Assembly: GCF_964355755.1 (NCBI RefSeq)
Contig: NC_092671.1
Span: 11,532,001 to 11,596,000, forward strand
Direction: 5' to 3'
DNA: 64,000 bases
From: Antedon mediterranea
Lineage: Eukaryota; Animalia; Echinodermata
The position numbers and the translations under genes were made by a program. The notes beneath the pieces are model-generated. The model did not search any database. It was given only the letters and a program-made list of their open reading frames with translations, and was not told where the DNA came from. Positions 39,396 to 51,700 of the stretch are shown in pieces (within the stretch, counting starts at the first letter, position 1; every line of letters starts with the position of its first letter).

Positions 39396-40335
39396 CGATT
39401 GACACATCACAGTTTAGCAAACATGTCGGCATAGATGAGCTCAGTGATCTGTCATACTTTATGCCTATCCTATCACATCAAAGGTTAAAAATTCAGAATA
39501 ATAATTCTGTGTCATTTATTTTGGTAAAAAAATTAGGTGCATTTATACCAATTTAACCACATACAGTATGTTCACATAATTATATATGTCAAAGGTTATA
39601 AATTGTATTTCCAGTCATTTTATGTGAAAATGTTTCATTACTACAAATATAAATGTCTTTATTCTGAACAAAATGACACCAAAATCGATTGAAAATGATC
39701 AGTAGTTACTGAGATACACAGATAAGAGGTCAAAGGTCAAACTGGAAGAAACGTCATTTCTGGTCATTTTTGGACGAAACTTTTCATTAGAGCAAATAGA
39801 AATATGTGGTTTGTGAACAATTTAACACCAGAATCAAGTCTCTACTGTTTATAGTTGCCAAGATATGAACACTTTTTGTTTTTATGGTGGCCATTTTGAA
39901 ATCAAGATGGCCGCCATACCGGACGTTGGACACTTGGCACCCCCCGATATTTTGAATCTATATACATCAAAGAAACTTTGTGGAAAGTTTCATGCTTTGG
40001 TAATAAAGTGCACAACTTGGCTATTTTTATGGCGTTAACTGCTCTACTATATCAGATAGGTGGTAATCCTCCTGATACAGGGGCTATTGTGTGAACCAGT
40101 TCACCGGGGTAACCCCCTACTCTTTTTCGAATAATGAACTGGGTTCTTTAAAGTACACACAGGTTATAACTGTGTACACTGGACCTACGGTTTATAGTCC
40201 TTATCCGAGAAGACTTGTTCCACCACCAGAACTAGGAGCGAGTCGGCCTCGAACCCTTGCCGATGTTGTTGTTGGCTCTTTAGATACGGTAAACGGCGCC
40301 CCTGCCTTAACCGCTCGGCCATATGACTCGCTGAC

Positions 40336-41074
40336 TGGATGTCCCCTTAACATCATGGTTGTCCCCTTAACATGGGTGTCCCCTTAACATGGGTGTCCCA
40401 TGAATAGGAGTGTTCCTTTTAATATGGATGTCCCCTTAACATCATGGTTGTCCCCTTAACATCATGGTTGTCCCCTTAACATGGGTGTCCCATGAATAGG
40501 AGTGTTCCTTTTAATATGGATGTCCCCTTAACATCATGGTTGTCCCCTTAACATGGGTGTCCCATGAATAGGAATGTTCCTTTTAATATGGATGTCCCCT
40601 TAACATGGGTGTCCCATGAATAGGAGTGTTCCTTTTAATATGGATGTCCCCTTAACATGGGTGTCCCATGAATGGGAGTGTTCCTTTTAATATGGATGTC
40701 CCCTTAACATGGGTGTCCCATGAATAGGAGTGTTCCTTTTAATATGGGTGTCCTCTTAACATGGGTGTCCTCTTAATATGGGTGTCCCATGAATAGGAGT
40801 GTCCCTTTAATATGGACGTCCCCTTAACATCATGGGTGTCCCCTTAACATCATGGGTGTCCCCTTAACATGGATGTCCCATGAATAGGAGTGTCCCTGGA
40901 TGTCCCCTTAACATCATGGGTGTCCCATTAACATGGGTGTCCCATGCATATGAGTGTCCCTTTAATATGGGTGTCCCCTTAACATGGGTGTCCCATGAAT
41001 AGAAGTGTCCCCTTAACATGAGTGTCCCTTTAATATGGATTTCCCCTTAACATAGGTGTCCCTGTTATACTGTA
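40336..41074. repeat. 17-20-bp satellite, right block, ending in a MITE terminus
   Basis: Same units as 35293-35873; terminates in GTGTCCCTGTTATACTG-TA. Confidence 0.9.
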
Positions 41075-42784
41075 TTTGATTCCCATAAATTGCATAGAAT
41101 GTTACAATTCTTCACCATTATGCTATTTCATTTATGTTATGCAATATTCATTACATGCTAATCAAAATATATCACGTTCTTACAAATGTTAAGATCTAAA
41201 CCTCAAGGATTTCTGCTCTATTGGTTGCTATCCTTTTAATGTATTAATGTATAACACAATATTCCTTGTGATTATCTTAATAAAAAGTATTATATATTAT
41301 GTCATGTAATCATTATGTTCAGATGCTGAAAATTTCTCGGTCTGTTGGTTGACTCCAGACTCCATATGCTACCATTTCATTTTACATTATCCATTTATTT
41401 TTTACAATATTATACTTATCTTAATAAAAATATTTTCGTCGTCAATTTAGGCTGTAAACCGCCAGGATTTCTAGTCTGTTGACTGGCTCCATAAATCCAA
41501 TATTTTTGAATAAACCAATTTTATCAAAATGTAAGTAGTGCCAATTGAATAAAAGTTAACGCTCAAATTAACATGGGAAATGGAAAACAACACCTGTGAC
41601 CTTACAAAATACTTGTAATTATTCTAACATGAATTACCCTTATCAAGATAATTTTACTAGCCAAATAATAAAATGCATACGTAGTTATTATTATGCATAA
41701 ATATCTGTTATGTGGCAACGATCCCCATTTCCTGTATTTTGATGCAATGTTTATATATGGCATATTTTAAACCAAAATAGTGTTCATTGTTCCGCATTTT
41801 CATTATACAATTTTATGAGTGTATAAAATACAATATCTTAAACGGGTGAATTCGCAGCAAAAAGTTTCTGCAAATCGTAGCTGAAGCATGATAGGCCCTA
41901 TATTCTCTCTGTAGGCCTATACTTTATACAAAAATGTTACTTCTGGAGAAATAATTTCAATAAATATTGAATTGTATTGTTAAATCTACATTTACTGTTC
42001 TGTTAGTCTGGAATGCCTGCAACCTGCAATACTATTCGTTAGGCTTTCTACTGAGTGGACATTTATTGATTACGATGAAGTTTATCGGCTCGGGATCGGC
42101 CATACCTCAGCTACTGTAGGCCTAATAAAAAAAGTATAACGAACTTATAAGTTTCCAATACTATTAAAATGAATTAGTCTCATAAAACCCACGCACAATC
42201 TTCAGTTGATCGAATACACGCCCCTGGAAATACATATACTTCTCCAGGTACCCCTACTAAATAGGAGCTAAATAGTGCAGAACTAACATAAAAAGCGGAA
42301 GTTCTACAACTTTTAAAAAATTATAGCATAATTTGTTTTTTAAGATTTCAAATCCAGTGTGACTGTACTTTAACTAGGTACTTGGAGGAAAACTGGAATT
42401 AGAGCTCATAATAAATTATATCAACCTAAAATAGATACTATTATTGACATACAATTTGACATAATTAATGCATGATCTATCCCCTCTTTCTTTCTGATTA
42501 ATGTAGGCCTACTAACGTTTCAAATGTCAGCGTATATCTTATGTTTAATGGTTTACTGTCAGATTAACATCAATACCTTGATATACTTTCAAACTAGTAT
42601 GCAAAATAACGTACGGTACATGAAATAATTTGCGATATATTATTATAATTAGTAGGCCTAACCGCCTTAGTGTTTATTAAAGTACGATCACTGTAACTTA
42701 CTCTATCTTTATGAGAAAAAAAGATAGATAAAACTTTCAAGTTTCAGTAGTAGTACCCCCTCTAGTGTCTGTACATTTTCTAAA

Positions 42785-45700
42785 ATGGCAGCCTACAGAG
42801 TTCACACACGATATTTATGTTTGCAACATTTTTTCCCGAAATCTAAAATAATGTCACCTAAATTTGAATGTTCTTTTAACACGATTAGTCTTAGAAGAAT
42901 TTCCTCTGTTCAGAATAAAGGTACATTTTGTCTTTGATAGTATAGATTACTAGGCTTAGCTAGGCTGGCCCAGCCAGGACAGGGCCAGCCAGCAGGCCCA
43001 CCAGGCCCATGAATGAATGGCATGTCATCATGTCTGAAATATTTTATGAACACACACTGTGTCACACTTTTTATGCAGACTATCAACAAGGAAGATGGGA
43101 GGGAGAGAGCTGGTTTAAATGTTTGAGGTTTAGGTGGCAACAATATGCTAGGCTCTAACGAGTGATTTGAAAGGCATGATGACAATTGACACGCATGATG
43201 TTTTTAAAATTCAGATTACTGAGTTTTAGGAATTTACAATTAATTTGGACATTTTTAATAGTTTTTATTTAACATAGACTATGAGTAGGCCTACTAGGGC
43301 TAGGCCCTAATGGTATTTTTATAATACTATAGTTTTTACTCAATATGAAAAAAGTACAAATTTTCTTTTGTTTGAGCACAACGATTTATTTACAATTTGC
43401 CATAACCCTTCAATAAAAGGTATTTTACTAAACAAATTTTCTATCTAGGTAGGGTAGACCAACTACCCTAGCTAAGCATGTCTATATCCCATCTACTAAC
43501 AAGAACGGTATACATTTTTTTCATCTCACAGATAACACAGGGAAAATATCAAAATTTGAACCATTTTCGGAAATGGTCAAAAGGAGACGTAGTGAAGCGT
43601 CTAGGAGCGTTCTGTTTTTCTTGTCAGAGAAATCATCAATTGAGGACCTGATAGAATGTTGTAACACTCATGGCAAAGTAAACAATTGTTTTGAATTTTA
43701 TCAAAATGTAAGTTTACTAAATTAAATTGTGTTTTAAACTACTTTTATCATTTATCATTTGTATTATGTACAGTAAGTACTTCAGTATCCATCAAATATT
43801 GCCATTGTTGTAATGACCAATCACATTACATTATTCATTGTTAATGTTATTCATTAGAAATGTACATTCAATTCCCTGTTGTGCTCAATGTTAAATGTTG
43901 CAACAACACAATTGTGGCCTAAGCTCTGTCTATTATCGTATCTTGAGTGTTTATTATAATGAATGGTACAGGAAACCAACTTCCATCATTATGAACCAAA
44001 TTAAGATAATGTTAACAACAATTTTAAGTTTTTATTTATTATTTTTGAAAGTATTTATAAATTGAATTCTCTAAAAACAATGTCATGCATGCATTTCGTT
44101 TTTTAATCAGTGTTATTCAATTTAATATATTCTAAATTCAAAATTTTCTAGTAAATTACAACATGTTTTTACACAGTTCTTTAACTGTTTTGTTTCTGCA
44201 TTTTGTTTCCATTATTTCTTTCTTCCGTATTAAAAGTGTTTGTAAATAAATATTATAAAACCATTTGTACAAATGATTAAAAATACTTCTTGAAAATAAT
44301 ATAATCTCAGCATAATAAGCATTACATAATTATTATTATTACATTTATTTTATTCATTAAATATATTTTTGATGGAATGCCCTTCAATTTTCAATAAATG
44401 TATACAAAATAAATTGAATCTTGAATTGGTAGCATGTTGACAATTTTACTTTATTAAAGATGTATTGTCCCCCCAAAAACATGAAAAATGAAGATTAATT
44501 AAATCACACTTTGAATAGGTTATTTTGTAGTTTTAATAAAGTTAATCACTTCTGTAGAAAAAAAAACTGAAAAAAAAAATGTTTTCACAAGTTTATAAAA
44601 TGACAAAATAAATCGTAAATTCAACCAAAAACCTATTGGCTGACAACCAATTTGACCATTTTTTGCTTTAAATTTCATTTTTTCAGGTAAATAAATTTTG
44701 TTTAGATCCAAATTTTGGTCAAAGTGGATAAGTATTATGAGACATTAAATGTCATATTCAACAACAAAAATTTCATGGGGACAATACATCTTTAAAGACT
44801 TAACTTAAAATAAATATATGGAAATACCATGGAGCTATAAAATCTAATTGCATAGCTCCATTTCAATTTTGTGTATGTAACTTTTTTTTCCTCTTTTGTG
44901 GCACAAACACCACTTTTATTCACATTCATATTATCTCATGTCATTACTTAAAATCATATCTTTTAACACATTTTCATTAATTTGCTTATATTTTTCTTGT
45001 ATGTAACTTATTGTATATTTAATTATTTATTAACATTGGAACCAATTAATTTTCCATATGTATGTATTTCATGTATATTGGACAGAATAAAGTATTGTAT
45101 TGTAAATACTGTACAACTACTGTACTGTCATTCATTCATTTTTAATTTGAATTTTTTTTTTCAGGGTTACTATGCAATAATTGAATTCAAAAAGAAAGAA
45201 AGTATATCATCGTTACGTGAAAGAATATACAAACCTGATATATTGCAACAGTTTCAAAATGAACTCATCTACCATCGTCTTTTTAAATATGACATCAAGT
45301 CGAATCAGGTTTCAATTTCTCATCGGAAGAAGAACTACATCAACAAAGAACCTCTAAATTCAGATCTCATAAAAGCAATATGTCATGCTGATTCAGTAAG
45401 AACTATTTGTTTTCATTATCATAGTTTCTAAATCAATGTTGTATTTTAAATTATACAGGCCAAATAACAAATCTTAGTTTCATGTCCCCTCCTTATAAAA
45501 TTTTGAAGCAACATTTTTTTTTACTATAATATCTATTTTGTTTCTTTTCAAAATGGCTATTCAGTCAATTTAAAGAATCTGTTCAATTGTTCATGGTTTC
45601 CACTAGCCAAATTGAATTTTGTGTGAATCCAATTTGCAGATAAAAATTGCGATACTCTTTCCACTATAAAAGAGCAAATACCTACGATTTCTATCACAGA

Positions 45701-48700
45701 AGTAAAAAACTTGAAACTAGAATTTGTTGCAGAAAGGAATTTAGAATGAATATGCATACATAAATGCTTTTAATTCATGAAAATAAATTTTCCTAATTCT
45801 TGGAAAACATACTTGAGGTGAATTGACCTTTGAACTATCATTCTCACGTTTGTAATATTCAATATTTTGATTTGATCTATTTCAAATATCTGTAACACAA
45901 GATAAAACAAGAATTTGCAACAAACAAATTAGGCATAAAATGGATATAAACACAAATTAACACAGAAAGTGTAAAGATTAATTAATCATGAAGGATTTAT
46001 TTATTTATTCTAATTGATGATATCACTAAATAACATTTTTTTTTAAATAAAAAAAAATATATGTTCAAATCCATGATGTGGAAGTAAACATTTTTTTATT
46101 TGACCTTATGTTATAATTCATAGTTTAAATCTTAAGTTACAGATTTTATTTTAATTAATATGTTACTTTTAATGTTCTTGTTATTTCCTTTAGTCTCAAT
46201 ATCCTGTTAATTTTTCGCATGTCAGAATTAGTTTGCTTGCTAACAGACAACATTTTATTTAATATCACACGCAGCAGCAACGTCAATATCAATATAGAGC
46301 ATTTAAATGCCAACTTTTATAGAGCATTTCATAAAAAGTCAATTTTGTTTTCACTTCTACAAATAAGGTCATCTGGATATTTTTGAACAAGTATCCCTAA
46401 ATGCTTAAAAATTTGTTTAGTAATATTGCTAATCAAACAGATTTTTTAGTCGAAGCATACTTTTTGTATTGTATTTTTTGCTACAACATTTTAGAAATGT
46501 TTAGCAATAAGGTTGTTTATTATAGCTTTTTGCCATGCTAAACTGGAAAAATTATTCCCTTCAAAACATTTTTGATGCTAATTTTTAAGAAATAATGCTT
46601 AATTAAAGTTAATTTAGTTGTTCCACTTTACAAAATAACCAAATATCGTTTTTTTTTTCTGATTTTGTTTAGTACATTATAATTTTCTTGAGCATCTACT
46701 ATTCACGTATAAATAAATAATGATAATGCAATTTTTTGTTAACTAACCGATACTAATCTCCAAATGGCTTAAACTTTAATAAATAAATTATACAAAATAT
46801 GATTATTGCCAAAGATCTTGCAATTGGTAATTAATGTGTTAGACATGATATCAATTGTAGACCGCCATAATGTCTCTTGGTTGGTTGGGATTTAAACTTT
46901 AGAGAGCTCTGGAATACTGTACCATACAAATTATTGCGTTTTTTAAATGTAAATCTCCCTTATACAGATTTAGAGATCCATGGTACCATACAAATGATGG
47001 CATATTTTGTTTGTTTTTTTTCTGTTCTCACATAAAATTAAAATCATAAAATGTTTTTAAAATTTCACTTGAAAAGAAATCCAACTTGGTACTTAAGCAT
47101 TGTTACTTACACCTTGCATCTATAAACTACATAATGTATCTATATCAAACAGTTCTGAGTGTTTCTTTTCATGTCTATCCTGGTGCATTTTTCACCTCCT
47201 TGACCAGTTCTCACCTTCAAGGGGTTTCTTGGCCATCCTCAGATCATTTTCCTTTGTGGTTCCAAATCAGGGCATACCCAAATGTTGTGTGTTGTTTCCT
47301 CAGTGATAGTGATGACCAATCTATTTCAGCCCATCACAATTCCCACTGGCTACTGTCAAGTCTTTTCCTATAGATCATTTTTCTTTCATGCCCCCATATT
47401 CTGAGAAGGATTCTCAGAATATATTTATTAATGAATATGGTACGAACAATAACAATAATAAATTATTTTTTTAAGGTCTCGCATCAAATTGAAATGCTAG
47501 CAAATGAGCAAGCCTTGCGTGACGAGGGAGTTAGGATGCGTTTTCTCTCGTGTACACTAATCGAGGAAGCCTGCCGAACAATGTTTCCCGATTGTCAAGT
47601 CCTGCCATTTGGGTCGTCTGTTAATAATTTTGGAAAACGTAACTGTGATGTTGATATGTACCTTGATCTAAATGTGGAACCTGGTATGATTCCAATTATA
47701 CAAGTAAGTATTTACAAGAGTGCATTAGTACCTGTTGCTAACCTTTCAAAATTGTAGAGAAAATTAATTTTTTTCCCTTTTAGAAAATGAATTGACAAGA
47801 AGACAAGAAAAAAAAGATTAAAAATATTTCTTGAAATATGTACTGTACAGTATTAAAAGACTGCATAAAACATTCCTTAAAGATATATTATCCCCCTAAC
47901 AGATATTTTTTTTTTCACATTTTAATGTCACGCAATAGTATTCACTTTGACCAAAAAAACTAGATCGGGAAAAAAAAATGATTTACCTAAAGTGAATAAC
48001 TTTATTGAAATGACGAAATAGCCTATTTAAAGTCTGATTTATTACTCTTCATTTTTTTGGGGGGACAATACATCTTTAAATTTGAATTGGAATTTTTATA
48101 TCAATAATAATGTGTAGGATAAAGGTAAAGGAGAAGCAATGTACACAAATTAAAAAAATAAAGAGAATAAAATGATAAAAGACTGGTACTAAAAATCTAT
48201 GATAATGTTATGCGGCTATTAGTCAGATTCGTTCATAGATCATGTGATTCTTATAGACCATGTGATTTTGATGTGTGTTAGGTAACAACAACAATACAGC
48301 TTAATGACGCTAAAGCATTAAAACAACAATATGGTATGCATTTATAATTTTTACACTTACAGCTTGTCTGCTTTTCTAAAGTGAGTTGCTATAGTTACAT
48401 TTATTGACGTTGTGGCTGTGACGAAAATGGGTTAGATTGAAACAACAGAGTGTTAAATTATATGTAAAGGCGTCCTTGTCAGTACCAATAATGGTAGATT
48501 AAAATAGCTCTTTGGATAGAAAGTTATTGTGTATGAATTTTATGTAAGCATTGACTGATGGTGCAATCAGCTTAGTTGCCATTTGCTTATTTATTCTGTC
48601 TTTATACTGAGTGCTAAAGCATTGATTTCCAATGTGGTTCAATCAGTAGAGAAACATTAACAACATAATAACAATAATTCAAAGACAACTAACATTTAAC

Positions 48701-51700
48701 AAAGTAATTTACAATAGTACACACACATTTACAAAAAGGGAACTATCTACAAAACATACAGTATATATAAAAAATGGAAGGAATTCAAGGTAAATGATAC
48801 TTAATATACTTAATCAGTAATACTTTGAATTAAAGCCAAAGAAAATACATCATTCATCATTCAGTATTAAATAATAATTAAAGATTATAAGGGTGTATCC
48901 CCAACCAACTATTCTTGAAATCTACTACTGTATTTAAATTGTGTTGTTGATTCATTAGATATGCAATAGATTAAGTTATGGGAACCACCAAACAGTTTAA
49001 AATCAGACTTATTATAGAGTAGTAAAATTATAAAGTACTAGAAAAGATATTGGAATTGAAATGGAGTTAAAACCTTTCCAATACACTTGTAGTCATTTTG
49101 TATTGTCTGGATGCACGCAGTAGCAACAAACGTACACTTTCTCTTGTAGATTGTTTAATTCCTAATCTGTAAGAAGATAAACTATGATAAAGTTTACTTG
49201 GTCACCATCAGTCTTGTTAAGCTCTGTCTACACTATCACTATCTATCCATATATGGACATGATGATGTCATATCAATACCATATTTGGGCATATCTACCA
49301 TAAAGTAGTAGACAGAACTTTATATTTACTGTAGTTGAATTGTAATTCTAGATGATAACAATTATTGTGATTATAAACTTGGTGTTACTTAATGCCTATG
49401 ACGTTTATAAAGAAAATACTGAAAGTACAAAAACAGAAACTGAATATACGATTACAGATATACTGTACTGCTAATTTTTACTATGGCGCCCTCTATATAC
49501 AAGGAAAACTAATAAAAGGCAATTTCGAGTGTATGAGTAAATATTTGTTTTATTATAACATAGAGATTTATGTCTCTATGCTTAGAATTTACGTTAATAA
49601 GATTTTACTGTCTCAATGCTAGTTTTTAAGTATGACAGACAGTCAGACAGACCAACACTCAAGCAGCCAAAGCAAACTTATTACAACACTTTCCATGCCC
49701 TTTTGATAATAGAACTCGTTTATATGAGAAATGTCAACATACTATGCAAATGTATTTTGTTTGCACTTATGCCCTAAAAGGTTTATGATAATGTTGGTGA
49801 CATTAATTCTATGTGTTCTACTTTATTATGTTTCTCAGCAAAGAACTAATTAAGCTAATAGTGATTAATGGGACGTACTTTACACATTGTACTTTATAAA
49901 TAGAAAAACCTACTGTGTAATTCATCATCTTGTTAAAAACATGCACTTTTTATATGAAGATGAATTTGTCTGTTTTTACTAGATTAAGTTGGTGTTTATC
50001 TGGATATACACCCCAGGGTGGTGGCATTAACTACCTAAATATCTGCACTTACAAATCGCTAGTTAGCTGGTAAACTCACAGACTCGTTTGTAACCCCAGA
50101 GGGTTAATTCAGGCTTGCAAAGGCATGATTAATAACCGCAAAAGTCTACTAAACAAGGTTTATGCAGTGCTGTACCTACATTACCAGCTAGGCATGTACT
50201 GTATTCTTTAGATCTTGGTCAATGCCAATTTAATTTAAAGTTCTTCGTCAATAGCAGTTCATATCACCAATTAGATTAACTATTTTTTACCCCTTCCCTT
50301 GATATAATAATTATTTTTTGTGTTTGCAATGTTTATAATTAGGTAAGTAAAAGAAAAAAAAGTTCAATATAATAAAAAGTATTTAGCTTCAATAAACTAA
50401 AAAAAGTAATTTAAATTTTTTCTTTCTTTTCGATAGAACACGAATTTCAAAGTAGTTTTTGATGAAGAGTCGGCTACCAATGAGCGTTTTGCTACACAGA
50501 ATACTCTCAGAACTTTGTCAAAGTATCTTAAAAAATGTGTTCCACATTGTACCAACGTTTACAATATTCTGCACGCATCATGTCCGCTTGTCAAGTTCAG
50601 ACACCAAGCTCTTGGTTTGTCATGTGACTTGACAGCAAACAATCGGTATGTACAGTACAAACAATTTTTTATTTATCATTGTTGATTTCTTTGCTGTAAA
50701 TTAAAGTTTCTTGTTCGTTAGTGTGAAAGAGGTCCCACACATTCATCATCAGTGTGTCAGAAGAGGGTCATTCAAACCAAAAGTTATTGATGTCTGTTTA
50801 GGGTGGCCGATCTGACTGATATGCATTGTGGCCAGTTAAAATTATGAAATTGGAAGGAACAGACAACCGAGTTGAAGGACATCTCCTACAGTATCTATAG
50901 TATAGATAGGATAATATAATCGCTTGTTTTGGCTTGAACGCTTTGTATTTTCCTGTATAGAGATCTCTATAGTGACTAATAATAAGGAAATAGTTTTCCT
51001 TTTTAGTTAAGGAGGAGGGAGGTGGGGTGGGTGGATGCTGTCCAATGGTGTTGGCAGTGTGACCTTATGACCCTGTTTTACAGTACAGCAATAGATTCTT
51101 GTCATGTCATGTTCTTAGGTAACCAAGTTTAATGACATTTGCTATCTGTCATGTTCTATCATTGGTGAAACATAATACTTTCACTTGGAATGTTATTAAT
51201 ATGATTGATGATAAGTTGGAAAGGACATCACTTGGGTTTTAACCCTTTTGGTGTATTCTCAGTTTATTGAAGGTGATCCCTTATGGTAATTAAAACATAG
51301 CATGTATGTAAAGTAATCAGAAACGCCTTTATTATTTTCACAAGATGGAAAGCAGACATTTTGTGTTTATCTACTAGGTTTGAATTCTTCTTTCGTTTGA
51401 CTCAAATAAAAATAAACGTTGGTTTCATGTCCTGTATTTGATTTTTTTATGAGGGACTTTAAAACGGTATTAGCATGTTTATAGTTTAATGCCATATGTA
51501 CAGTAATATTAGGCTAATAGCTATTGTGTTGTCGCAAACATGAGAAGCATATTGTAGTCTTTGTTTATAAACCATAGAACGTGATCATACAATTTATAGT
51601 AAAATAATTCTTTTATTTTTTAAAACTAAATATAACCATTTTTGTTTAAAAAAAAATTAAAGTTCATAGCAAAATGGACCACATCCAACATTTGATAAGA

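Larger units (their letters stand above)
36187..40049. mobile_element. Academ-like DNA transposon deletion derivative (TIRs about 520 bp, 3-bp TSD TAT)
   Basis: Termini TAGTAGAGCAGTTAA ... TTAACTGCTCTACTA. Inverted homology is traceable between 36187 to about 36708 and about 39529 to 40049, with TAT on both flanks. Contains a decayed transposase-like fragment at about 39215-39395. Confidence 0.8.
36108..40332 (-). mobile_element. tRNA-derived Deu/Nin-domain SINE split by the Academ-like element (head and core 40050-40332, 3' end and tail 36108-36186)
   Basis: Minus strand: AGCGAGTC..TGGCCGAGCGGTTAAGGC (A box)..GGTTCGAGGCC (B box)..GACTCGCT, then core CTCGGATAAGGACTATAAACCGTAGGTCC..TTAAAGAACCCAG..GAAAAAGAGTAGGGG. 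AGGATTACCA and TGGTAATCCT, arms of one hairpin, lie on opposite sides of the insertion; A-rich tail at 36108-36135. Confidence 0.8.

Noticed and set aside
40237-40332. tRNA-like fold (8-bp terminal stem, A and B boxes) on the minus strand
   Set aside because: It has no canonical anticodon or T arm and continues into a Deu/Nin core, so it is a SINE head rather than a tRNA gene. The same applies to 33390-33455.
35293-41063. Regularly spaced short repeats that could suggest a CRISPR array
   Set aside because: There are no unique spacers or cas genes and the context is eukaryotic; these are head-to-tail satellite units.
3184-42785. Operon or trans-spliced polycistron suggested by five co-oriented genes
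   Set aside because: Gaps are 1 kb or more, and each downstream gene has its own promoter-like signature and upstream poly(A) signals.
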